From positions 2,046,001 to 2,110,000 of the forward strand of contig JBLDXI010000025.1 of assembly GCA_047495785.1 (NCBI GenBank): a DNA stretch of 64,000 nt, read 5' to 3'. This document shows, in pieces, positions 24,144 through 35,403 of this stretch; position 1 is the stretch's first letter, and every line of letters starts with the position of its first letter. The position numbers and the translations under genes were made by a program. The stretch is from Lepidodermella squamata (lineage: Eukaryota > Animalia > Gastrotricha). The notes below the pieces were generated by a model, which was given only the letters and a program-made list of their open reading frames with translations, was not told the DNA's origin and searched no databases.

Positions 24144-25310
24144 TTAAAGTTCGACATGCGTTCGGGTCGATACCGAAGGCATCATGGCCGCAATTCGTTC
24201 CAGCTCATCGGTCGCCTTCGCCTCAACAGCATCCATAGCATCGGCCACGTTTTGCTTCACATTTTCCACGCCATCGTTATAACGCGAGTACTGCTTCTTC
24301 AAAAACTGCTCAATCTTCGGCTTCGACCCGGCATAGTAAGACTTGAACGCTGTTTTGACGTCATCCCAAGACGCGGACGGCTTGTTGACAAACTGCTCCT
24401 TCATCCAGTCTTGCATCCACTTGGCGTAGAATTCAACAAATTCAGCCGCATCTTCCGCCTTATCGCTAAAGTAAGATTTCGAGGTTTCCTGAAGTACTTG
24501 GCGCCATTTTTCGTCGATTTTATCGAGATCGACCGATGTTAACAGAGCTTCGTACTTGTTGCGGTCAAGCTCATGCGCCTTGTCCAGTTTCGCCTCGAGG
24601 CGTTGGATGGCTCGATTTCGCACGGCCTCCATCGCCTCGTCTAAATTATCGAATCGCTCGTGGTACCTGGCGTACTGCTGCCTGAGAAATTGTTCGACTT
24701 TCGGCTTTGATTCTTCGTAGTAAGCGTTGAATGACTCGCGCCAGTTGCGCCACGATTCGCGTGGTTTTTCGATGACGTTCAGTTGTAGATAGTCGCGGAG
24801 CCAGTTTGAGTAGAAATCAACGACTTGGGACGAGTCTTCTCCCTTTTTAGTGAAATAAGGATCGGAGGCGGCCAGGATGTCGTCACGCCATTGCTTGTCA
24901 ATTTGCGACATTTCGACCTGGGTAAACAGGGCTTCATGGACCTCTGAAAAATATTAAAAAATTAGCAAGTGTGAATTTTTTGCAAAAAAATTGAAATGAC
25001 CTAATTAGACACAATATCAAGGATTTTTTCATTTTCCAGGAATTTTTAGGCAATTTGAGAATTATTTGAAATTCAACTTCAAATTTTGATGGGAGGATTC
25101 GAATTTTTCGAATTTAGCTGCAAAAAATGACAGTTTTTCATATTTTGTCCACCCTGCAAGTTTTTCTCAGTGTAATTTCACCTACTGTTTTTTCTTAAAT
25201 TAGAGACAAAAATCTCAAAATGCCGATATAGACTCACTTTCATCACTGCTACCGAATAGAGATGCTCTCGCGCTCAAAATGCAAATTTCGACAAGAAGAA
25301 ATAACTGCAT
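24144..25310 (-). CDS. Secretory-pathway helical protein with two tandem domains, family B copy 1, C-terminal HVEL
   Basis: Signal exon 25310-25238 plus exon 24943-24144. Repeats IDKQWR..YF..EDSSQVVDFYSNWL..W..SFNAYYEESKPKVEQFLRQQYARY and IDEKWR..YF..EDAAEFVEFYAKWM..W..AFKSYYAGSKPKIEQFLKKQYSRY. Confidence 0.85.
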
Positions 25311-25545
25311 TTTCGACAGAAATTCAAATGTAAAAAAATCTGAAGAGAAATTTCGAAATCGAAAAACGCGGAAATAATAATGGCAATTCTAGGATGCAAC
25401 GTTCATAAAATGTGAGTCATCATTGTGTTACGTAACAGAGTTCACGCCATGCTTGCTGCTCGCATAACAGCATGGCAGTATTTTTTCAACCATCGTCAAA
25501 GTTCACTTTTTTGCCCTAATTAAATTCTGATATTGAACCTAAAAA

Positions 25546-26393
25546 ATGTTGATTAACTTTCTTTACTGGGTGATGTTTCTGCGAACCGTTATCAATGGAA
25601 CTCAAACAGGTAAGACAAGATAATGACCGATTTCGAGAATTTCAAGTCACAATTTGAATTAAAAAATTATACTGCTAAATTAAACTTTTTTATTCAGAAT
25701 TTTGTCATTATTTTCTAGAATTTTCTTGATTTTTGAAATTTGAAAAATTTTGAAATTTGAAATTATTCAAAATTCTTACCACCTTCCGCCCTGAAAAAAA
25801 TCAAATTGAAGTTTTAGTTTCGATGGAAGTGGGACAATTATTCTTAATTATATTCAATTCTAAAAGTTTTTTGCCAATTTTGAAAAAAATCAAATTTTTA
25901 ATATTTCATGTGAAATATTTTAACTTTTGCAGATGATGGACACTGCGAACCTTTGCTAACCCCAGCCGAGTTGGTGGCGATTGAAGCCGATTGGCAGCAA
26001 GATCTGACCAATACAACGACGTCTTACTTTGAAGACGTCAATTCCGAAGGCGCAAGCGAAGACGCGGCCGAACTCGTTGATTTCTACCACAACTGGATGT
26101 CGAAATGGCTGCGCGAGGAATTTGTCCAACGCAACCGCAAAAACGAGCCGAGTATCCAGCTCGGCGACTGGCGCACGGCGTTCACGGCCTATTTCGAGCG
26201 AACTCGGCCGCAGGTGGAAGAATTTCTGCGGCAAAAGTACATGCGCTACAACGAAGACACGCGGCATATCAAAGCGACGATGGACGCGTTTGAGGCGATT
26301 GCCATACTGCGGATGGAACAAATTGCTGGCAAGTACCCGAAAATTGCTGATGCGAAAAACATCAGCTCATCATGCTCGCAGACTAGAAAATGA
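25546..26393 (+). CDS. Family B copy 2, single domain, divergently transcribed
   Basis: Exon 25546-25609 (signal-like) plus exon 25933-26393: IEADWQ..YF..EDAAELVDFYHNWM..WRTAFTAYFERTRPQVEEFLRQKYMRY. Confidence 0.8.
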
Positions 26394-26604
26394 GAAACTT
26401 TTTCATTTAATACTAAGTAAACAAGCAATTTTGAATTTTTTTATAATAAAAAAGGTGTACTCGATATTTCGCCAACGAGCCTTTCTTTTTTGGTACAAAT
26501 TTCGAAAAGGACTTGTGAAACCAGGATGTATTTTAACGGAATCAAAGTCGAAATATGACTAGGGTCTTTTTTTTTAATAATTCTACGAGTTTTAGGTGCT
26601 TCGA

Positions 26605-26787
26605 GGTACGGCGACAAAACAGCAACTGCGCAGAACAGCAAATGCGACAAAACAGCAAATTGTTATTTCGCGACAAAACAGCGAAAACTTATTATGCAGA
26701 AGATGCATTGTGTTTCTGCTGTTAACAGCAACTTTTTCAACTTGCTAAATATGTCGAGTTTGCTGTTTGCTGTTATGACGGTCTGCC
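26605..26787. mobile_element. Same repeat family as 18740/19117, copy C
   Basis: ggtacggcgacaaaacagc ... gttatgacggtctgcc. Confidence 0.8.
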
Positions 26788-27554
26788 GACGAAGCGTGAG
26801 TTCTGAATTGAACACTCCTTCTTATAGAGAATTTTACACTGAAGTTACTGGTGATTTCTTAAGAATTATTGGGGTCAAGAAAGCAAGAATTTCATATGAC
26901 ACTAGAAAATGTGTCTCCGTTACAGCAAATTTAGTTCCAGTAAAAGGAGGACACCCTGTGAAACTTATAAAAGGCGAAAATCGAAATGATGGCGGAGAAT
27001 CTGATGCATGGTAAAAATTCAAGCTTGAAGCTTGACTTCGGAAATTACCTGTTGTTACAATCGCATTCTTTCTAGTAATTTTTTAATTTTCTTCGTTTAT
27101 TTTTCGTTTTATTTCCCGTTCTGAGATTTTCGCATAAGCACAAATGTTCGCAATCGTTTCAATTCTGACGAAGCTAAAACGCCACAGCTGAATCGCCGTT
27201 ATCCTGAGCTGATTTGCCGATTTCTTTGAGTCCGCCTCAAGAAATCAGCAAGACATTTCGGGTATCAGAAGGGCTGTTCGAAATTTCAGCAACGGCTGAT
27301 TTAGCCGAAATTTTCTGCTAAGCTCTCTCTTGCTGTTATGTCGCACAGACCTGAACTTTGCACTGCGTAAATAATGCACTCCTCCCCATTTTCATGTGAT
27401 GCTTTGAGACTATTTGAATTAAGCCTCATTTTTACTCTTTTTCACGTTATGAATTGATTAAACGTGGATTCTGCACTCAGCGTTTAACAAACACACATTG
27501 AAAACCGTGCACATATTATAGTAGTAGCTGTGATACACATTGATGTGAGTAGTC

Positions 27555-28982
27555 ATGAGTGGATACGGCCTCGAGCTGGCAATTTCATTGTCAGGCCTCG
27601 CCGCAGTTTTCATACCCATCGCAATTTCAAAGTTCATTAAAAGCTTCTTGCAACAAAACAAGCTAATCCAAGCCGAAAAGCTGAAATGGCAACAGGACCA
27701 TACCCTCTACTTCGACAGGGACGTCCGAAGCCAGGCCATCGAACTCCTGGACCGCGGCGAATTTTCACCCGGCAAAACTGTTAACCTATGCAGAATCGAC
27801 CGGCATTACCTCGGCGTGAGTTACTCCCACTGGTTCCTGACCTGCGACGATTACTGCCTGGAATTCGGATCGGACGAAATCGACCTGGACGAAGCTAGAG
27901 TTCAAATCGTGAGAAACCAGTATGAAGACGGCAAGTACCGAATTGAAAAGGTCCAGCAAATCACCGAGGTCATGCATCAACGCATTCGCAGCGTTGTCGG
28001 CATGTGCAATTACTCGATGTGCCTTCGCAACTGCGAGCATGTCGCTAATTACATAGTCCGCGGCCGGTGGATGAGTGCGCAGATGGATGGCGAGAATGGG
28101 CTGATGCGCTTCTTCAAGGTTCACATTGCCAGTGACATTCTACGGCGCATCAATTCATTCCCGGCTCAAATCAGGCCGCATTTCTTCGACCCGAACCATG
28201 CCCCGAGGAAGGTTTACAGCTTCATCGATGACAACTTCCGAGCCACCAGATTCGAGTACTACCTCGACTCGAACCAAGATAAGGACTACAACATTCTTAT
28301 CGTTGGACCAACGGGCGCTGGAAAGTCTCGTCTTATCAACGTGATTTTCAACGAAGAGATCTGCGAGTCTGAGATAAGTTTCGAAAACGTGACCAGGGAG
28401 ATCTACTTCATCAGAGGTAAAGGGAAAGTCGCTGGGCAAAAACGGAACATTATCGTGGCTGATACTGTCGGCTTCTGTGATCGTCAGTGGAACAACGAAG
28501 AGGTTCTTCGAATGTTACGAGGTCGTATCGGAGCCAATGTTCGCCATCTGGATGCAGTTTTCATCCTGTGCTCGGCTTCAGACCGACTACCACCTGCGTA
28601 TTTCGAATCTGTAGGCAATATCCTAGACTGGTTGGGCTATCAAAGCCGAAAGAATCGTTTCATGTTCCTCGCGACTAAGTCTGATTCGATAAACGATAGG
28701 AAGATTGAACAGCTAAAGGACCAATTTCCGAGGCTATTTCAGGCCGAGAAGAATGCGGCTGATCCTCGAGATGTTAACCAAAGAGCACTGCGGAGGATCG
28801 ACGAGTTGGGCGAACTTCATTTTATAGGATTTCCTGATGAAACGGTTTTTGATGGCAATGCGTCGACGAAGCAAAAAGTGCTGCAAAATTGGAAGGATAT
28901 AAGGGACTTTATTGACGCGGGAAGCGACGACAGTAACATTCACGTTCCCTCACTAACTGCTGGTTACTGTCCAATTTTGTAG
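27555..28982 (+). CDS. TM-LRAT(permuted NlpC/P60)-AIG1/GIMAP-like GTPase fusion with CaaX, intronless
   Basis: N-terminal hydrophobic segment. YSHWFL and LRNCEHVANY (His and NC motifs). GPTGAGKS (G1), VT (G2), DTVG (G3), TKSD (G4). C-terminal CPIL. Confidence 0.85.
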   Translation: MSGYGLELAISLSGLAAVFIPIAISKFIKSFLQQNKLIQAEKLKWQQDHTLYFDRDVRSQAIELLDRGEFSPGKTVNLCRIDRHYLGVSYSHWFLTCDDYCLEFGSDEIDLDEARVQIVRNQYEDGKYRIEKVQQITEVMHQRIRSVVGMCNYSMCLRNCEHVANYIVRGRWMSAQMDGENGLMRFFKVHIASDILRRINSFPAQIRPHFFDPNHAPRKVYSFIDDNFRATRFEYYLDSNQDKDYNILIVGPTGAGKSRLINVIFNEEICESEISFENVTREIYFIRGKGKVAGQKRNIIVADTVGFCDRQWNNEEVLRMLRGRIGANVRHLDAVFILCSASDRLPPAYFESVGNILDWLGYQSRKNRFMFLATKSDSINDRKIEQLKDQFPRLFQAEKNAADPRDVNQRALRRIDELGELHFIGFPDETVFDGNASTKQKVLQNWKDIRDFIDAGSDDSNIHVPSLTAGYCPIL

Positions 28983-29187
28983 AATGTGATTTTCAGTAAA
29001 AACATAATCAAATAAGTTTCGATTCAAATCATAGGAAGTCTGTTTTCCGCCATTAAGTTTTCCAGCAATCTAGAGGAACCTTCGAAAGTAATCAACGACA
29101 AGAAACGTTACAACTTTTATTTTATGTTAATTGCTGACTTCAAATCATCGTCAGAATTGGCGTAGTTCTATGTTCTTGAGTTTGCAC

Positions 29188-31395
29188 TCAATCCGAAAGT
29201 ATTGCAGGGGCTAGGCCTAATTTACACAGGCTTCGGTAATTAACATTCAACAGCAAAGACAACTGCAACGCCTCAGTTTTTGTATCGGCGTTTTGGTTTA
29301 CAGTGGAAGGCGATACAAAATGCTTTGTTCCATTCGTCGATGAAGGGAGTGAGAAGACATATTGTGCGACGAGAGAGAGAATAGGTATATCATCCTTCAA
29401 TCTGTTCCAAAATCGGTAGTTTTCATCACATTTACCGAGTTCGTTTGTGGCTAAGGGCGCTGGGAGGTAGCTACCATTAAGGTATCTAATTTCTTGGGGA
29501 AGAACTCTCTGAAGCTGAGACTGGTTAACAGCTGAGTTGTCTTCGACCCTTCTTTCTGGCAGGCATATGCGTTTAAGCGGCGGCAGCTGGTGGTTGAAAC
29601 TTTCGGAGTATTTCTCGAATTCAGGTTCCGTTGAAGGAGAGCGTTCATCTTGCTGAGATTTAGCCTCCAGCAAGTCTCGAATAGGTAGTCCTTCAATTAG
29701 AAGCTTGACATCTTCATCAGTTAAAGTTGAGTATCGTCGCAGCCGAAAGTCGAAATGGAGAGCTAACAAGTGAATGTCGCTTTCAAAATGACTTCTGAAG
29801 CTTTCCTTCAATTCATTGCAAACCAGATCACGTTGAGGCTAAAATGTGTCTCAAAATAGGTACTTGTGCAAAATTTAATTGGGAGAAAACAAACCTTTAA
29901 TCTGTTTTGAAAATTTCCGCAATTTTGCAAGTTCGCGATCGCTTGTCGGACAACAACGAGAACTACGCCGCAATGAGCATCCTGCGTCTCGCAGGCTTCA
30001 ATGGCATCGATCAACACTTCGATCACATTAGCGAGAGCTGTAGTCTTATTAATATCCTCTTCTTTGACATCGGGCATTAAATAGGCCTCTTCGGATTTTT
30101 TTATAAATCTGATCGCCTGGAAGTCAATAAATTGGCGCAGGAATTGAAGAAGATAATTCCAGCGATAACTGCGCTCTGAATTACGATGGAACTTGGAGTC
30201 ATGAGAAGAATCTGTCTTCGTATAATCTTTGGCCATCTTGACTATCCGTCGAACTTCATCTGAGCTTTTGAATGACTCATAAAAGCTGTTGATCAACAAA
30301 TGGCAAGGATCTCTGAGCGTTCTTCGGCCGTAGTCGCAGTTCAATCTTGCAAACGTTTCGTTGGCCAATGAGGAAGGATTCATTTCACTCATGAGTTCAT
30401 CTAACAGCTCAGTGAAACCGTCTTTGAAATGACTGCGAGCGTTCGAGATGATTTCGCGGTCTGGGGATAATTTCGATAGATCAAGGCAATCGGAACTCGT
30501 CCTTGATGGGTTCGAAGTGATCGCAGCTATGAATATCGGTTTTTGAGCAGAATCCCCGTTGAAGCTAACTTCTTGCTGAAATCGCTCTACAGCCGCTTTG
30601 ATTTGACCGAGCAACATGCAGCTGGTGACTTGGTGATAATCTATTTCGAAAATTCTAGGAGCAAATCTGATACGCTGAAACGAAGCGTTCATGTACTCAA
30701 CATGCAGAACTAGGAAATCGCATCTCCCCGTGCAAGTCCAGATTTCTGGGTATAATGCAAACCCGATACAACCTAAAACATTGGTCAGTTGAATACATTT
30801 CATGGGACGGCATATGTGTCTTACCTGAAGATAGTGAATGAAACGTATTGAATATTCTATCAAGCAGCCGTCGCTGCTCAGCCGTGACTTCATCCGCGCT
30901 AGGAAGGTTGAGATTAGGTTGGCGACAGGCGACTTGAATCGTGAGAAGATGAAAGTTGAGTGGGTCAGGGCTAACCAGATCTTGTACTGGTACCCCATTT
31001 ACTGCGGACTGAAGGGCTATGCTAGTTAGCAAACTCGGCAGCGTTTCGTTTTGATTTCCGTGATGAGGTTTTCCAGGCAGTAACGCTCGGCTCTCCTGCA
31101 CTCGTGACTCATTGATAATCAACTCGGCATGTTCTTTACTCAGATGACGTCGAAGATTAGCGACATTTACAGAGCCATTCGTGTTCAAAGCGGCTGTTTT
31201 TAGCTTTGCGCATTTGTTGCAGGCGTAAACAGGCGCCCCGGAAGGATTGCAACCTGCCCAAGTAAAATTTGACTCGCAGGTTGGGCAGGGCATACGAGGA
31301 GCAGGCCTGCAAGGGTCGAGAGTAGTCGAGAGAAGGGAATGGCGCCGCTTGATACATAGGCCCATACTCTTATTATTGCTGCTGAAATCTGACAT
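29188..31395 (-). CDS. Domesticated hAT transposase-derived BED zinc-finger (ZBED-like) gene, intron-containing
   Basis: BED finger YACNKC..NLRRHLSKEH, YRWNY, HFDFRLR, and hATC dimerisation FWNRLKDDIPILSLVAQYVFSLPSS. Introns join ORFs 30697-31395, 29808-30998 and 29188-29811. Confidence 0.75.
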
Positions 31396-32387
31396 TTTTT
31401 TCGCTTTTCTGAGGGATGAACATTCATCACAAGCCTGCGGCTATGTGGCCACACAGACTCTGATGCAGCGCCGCAAAATCAAATCAGCCAGCATTGAAGC
31501 GTTGTGAGAGTAAAATCAATAGATTAAATTAGATCTGCGCATATGCGCTTTGCATAAAAATCAAATTAAATCAAGAAATCTTCGTCTCATCTGCAGCTAA
31601 AAATTTTGCAGCAAGCGTCCATTTAGCAATGAGAGGCGAAAACATCAGAAAAGGTTCTACATTCATAATAATAAGGGTTGCGACTTACTAAAATACCAAT
31701 CATTGAATATTCAGAATTGGTCAAATTAACTCGGGACTTACCCAAAGGTATCCCCTCGTCGAGGATCCTATTTCTTACACCGATGACACGTATGCTTTTT
31801 TCCCTGGCTAAAAAAAATAAGTTGAAAATGACGATCGGTTTTTATTTCTGTGCCGATATATTTGAGTATCCTAAATTCTAAATTATCGGTCATTCGGTAA
31901 ATTGTTATTGTTATGAATATTGAATATTGAATGTACCAAGATTTGTTGTTTTCAACTCATGAGTCTTCCTCGCTTGCTGTGTGGCTTGAACGAGCCTACG
32001 AAATTCGAGTTTAATCACAAATTTCCATGGGCATAACATTTTGGGACAAGCTTTTGCATGTCCATTTTTTCATTATTTGTCCTAATTACCCCTAATCATT
32101 TTTCTGATTGAATTCGTTATCGAGCGAAAAACGCGTTGCGTGCAGGTAAAAGCGCATTTCCTAGCTAAAATTGTTCGTTGTGCGAATCAAAGCCCTACAT
32201 TTGGAAAATCAATCATCAATGTAAGTTGGTTTGGTTTTTTCGGCGTAGCAGTAATTATGGGACCACGGAATAATTGGGCCACGGAAAAGCTGATTCGTGA
32301 TTGATTAGGGAGTCTTCCCGTGAGAGCGGCAAATCTCTACGCTTCATTACCGTCGATTTATTCCTGTTGAACTTGTTTTAAACAGCC

Positions 32388-33656
32388 ATGAAAACTCTTC
32401 GAATCTTCTGTGTTCTTTCAGCCATCCTAACAGAGTCATGCATCCTAATGGAGTCACTAATTTTCGCTTCCGATGAAGACAATTATCGATTCGGTAACGA
32501 ATCGCAGAGGCTTGCAAAAGCATTCTGGAGCACATACCCAACTTTAGAACAACCGAATCCGACTTCGAATGGCTTGTATCCTGTTAAGACGGCACTTGAG
32601 CTTTCCGTCGTATCATTTGATGGGATTGATGATATGACTGAGACAATGACTTTTCTTGGTCGCGTTAAACTCTCGTGGCAAGATGACGGCGTCTCGAAAT
32701 TGGGGAAAACAACATCACCGTTCGTCATCAACTACCTGATACCCGCCACGCAAATCTGGGTACCAATAATTTGGCAATTCAATGATCCCAGAAATCCTGA
32801 CCTATTCAACTCAATAAGGCAGGTATCGCAAATTTCGGTTCAATGGAATACGGTAAATGACGTCAAGTCAGCTAACAGTAGCTGCGGGTGGTACATTTTT
32901 GCGTATTTCTATGCAAATTGTCAAATGGAAGACGGCATCAAGTACTTCCCTTTCGACACGCACTCATGTGACTACAGCTGGGCGCCCATTGCTCATGACC
33001 ATCAGGTTAGAATCTACCCGGACTTATCGCGTGTGAATGGCATGGACTCTGTGAGTTATATAATTGGCAAAGAGAATGCGTCAGTCAATGGCTCAGTGTG
33101 GTCACTGATTAGAGTCGATATCATCCAACAGATTGCTATAAACGACCGAACTATGTTGACCTACCGATTTACGGCTCAACGGCGACCAGGCTATCACATT
33201 CAGACCATCATCATCCCAAGTGGGCTCGTTGCTATTCTTCAACTGGTCGCCTTGTGGTTCCCACATTCGCCTGATCGTTCGACCTTTTTGATAACCATAC
33301 TTCTGGCTTTTTGGATCATACAGTCCGCAGTAACAGCAAGTGTTCCTAAAGTTGCTAATTCTGCCCTACTGATCAGCATTACTGTGCTATCTTGCATCAA
33401 TGTAGCCTTCATAGTTGAATCAATAGCGGTTCTGTTCTACCTTGAAGGGCCGGAAATATTTTTCGGACGATTTATTATTTACAAGTCGCCATCTCCGCCT
33501 TTAGCCGATAGCAGGATGGATAGAATGGCTCGGGATGTTGAGAAAGAAATCGGAGGCAAGAAGAATCATCGCCTGATATTCTACATAGACACGTCTCTGT
33601 TTGTGATTGGCATCATTGTGACTGTTCTTAGCCCAGCAGTTTTGTATTTCTTGTAG
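32388..33656 (+). CDS. Divergent Cys-loop channel-like subunit, intronless, paralog 1
   Basis: Signal peptide, IWVPII, CQMEDGIKYFPFDTHSC, RRPGYH before TM1, four TM segments. Confidence 0.85.
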   Translation: MKTLRIFCVLSAILTESCILMESLIFASDEDNYRFGNESQRLAKAFWSTYPTLEQPNPTSNGLYPVKTALELSVVSFDGIDDMTETMTFLGRVKLSWQDDGVSKLGKTTSPFVINYLIPATQIWVPIIWQFNDPRNPDLFNSIRQVSQISVQWNTVNDVKSANSSCGWYIFAYFYANCQMEDGIKYFPFDTHSCDYSWAPIAHDHQVRIYPDLSRVNGMDSVSYIIGKENASVNGSVWSLIRVDIIQQIAINDRTMLTYRFTAQRRPGYHIQTIIIPSGLVAILQLVALWFPHSPDRSTFLITILLAFWIIQSAVTASVPKVANSALLISITVLSCINVAFIVESIAVLFYLEGPEIFFGRFIIYKSPSPPLADSRMDRMARDVEKEIGGKKNHRLIFYIDTSLFVIGIIVTVLSPAVLYFL

Positions 33657-35403
33657 TAATTTGAGCTACATTGCCTCATCGCTTCGAATGTGATTTTCAG
33701 ATACCAGATGTTCCGGAATGCCAAAGTTGGCGAAAAGTTATTGTTGCTCTCTGTTAACTGTGTTATACTTCGGATGTTAGTTCATGATTATAGAATCCTA
33801 TAGAAGCTGCAGCTGACTAAGAACCAGTATGATTCAAAATTGTAATTAATTTTGGTTATTTGTTCTCGGAAAAAAATAAAATTCAGTTAACCTTTACATT
33901 TCAGTATTGCGTTATTGTGGGTAGACATCTTGCTTGTATGATTAACATTATTGTTTAAATCTTCTATAAATAAATACGTTGCCTAATGGCGTGTTCTTTT
34001 ACTGACAAAATAACCAGGATAACTAATTCGGCCATCTTCCCGTGTTCATCCCGCCGTCTTACCAGACTTTGCTTGTGCTTGAGCGGGAAGGGACTTCGGA
34101 ACAATGTAGGAAAAGTTCTAACTTTTTTCATCATCATGTTTAATTTGAATTAACCGCTCGAGGTACAGGTGTAACCCAAGGGCACCAAGAATTTCAGTTA
34201 AGTTTGGCTGCGGATTGAAGAGAATGGTTAACTTCAAGCGATTCCTTGTTTTTTTAAAATATTCAGGTACAATAAAACTGCGCAGTAAAAACTTAACCGC
34301 AGTGGGATAGAAGAGTAGCATTTTTGGGTCAAGCAGCAATAACATAGCTTCGGCAGTTGATTTGTTGGGTTATCAATTATGTTGGGAATGCATAGGTTTT
34401 GCAGTCGCTTTGCCTTATTTTACCTTCCCTTGCTAAGTGCACCCTGGCTCTGCGGATTTCCTTGGATTAGTGCAGCACTTTCACAGCCCCCTCAAAATTA
34501 GCGATTAGAAATTACTTATTTATATGAGAGAACAAATTAATTGCAAGAGTAAATATATTGAGGTTCAATAAATAATGGCAACATCAATGGCAACACTCGC
34601 TGAGGCACAGCATATCTGGAAGTGAAAAGTCGGTGCCGAAGGGAGAGCTAAACAGGGGGTCAATTTCATCCGCTCTCAGAAAAACGATTAAGAATTATTT
34701 TTGAGTGAAATATGATTTCAAAAATCCTTCTTTTTACTCAGAAATAAAAACAGACACCATCTCGCCAGTTAAATCGCAAGTTAGAGGTTCAGGGTGTTCA
34801 AGGTCTGAGTCTCTTTCGCGTCCAAGTGCTAGTTTAGGAATCGAGCTGAGAAGAAGACGATGCTCTCACCCGACCATTGCGCGGCGTAAGAGCGCTTCAC
34901 GTCTCTTTCTCGAACAAAATGTCCATAATTATCCACTAGACATTTTAATGCGGAAAATTGCGGAATTTATCGGAAAGTATCGGAACAATGAAGCAATAAA
35001 GAGGTGGCGGTCACGCTACAGCAATGGCTGCAGCCGGCCTAGTCAAGCCTGACTAATTCAGCCATAGTAACATAAAAAGCCCTGTTGCTAATGGGTTCGC
35101 TTTTGCCCACGAGCTAAGCTCGTGATATGCTGCGTAAATGACCGAGGTAACCCCGGCTCAGTTCTACTTCGCACACTGGGTGAATTAGTTATTCTTTGTA
35201 TTCCCCTCGCTATCTACCTTGATACCTAGCTTTTTGATTCCGTGATCTCATGTGACAAAGTAAAAAATGCTAATGTAACGGTGGGAACAATCCGCCGAAT
35301 TTGAAGCCTTGTTAATTATATTCGGCCGCGTGATCTGGATATCATGGGCCAGTTTCCGACTGCATTCTGACGAATTCTATTCATTACATAAAAACAGTAT
35401 AGA

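Noticed and set aside
27165-27200. Hammerhead-like CTGACGA-stem-GAA
   Set aside because: It has GAAT instead of GAAA, and there are no partners for stems I and III.
34000-35050. Possible minus-strand multi-exon gene
   Set aside because: Splice-like signals exist, but every frame tried has stops and no recognisable motif; at best a decayed pseudogene.
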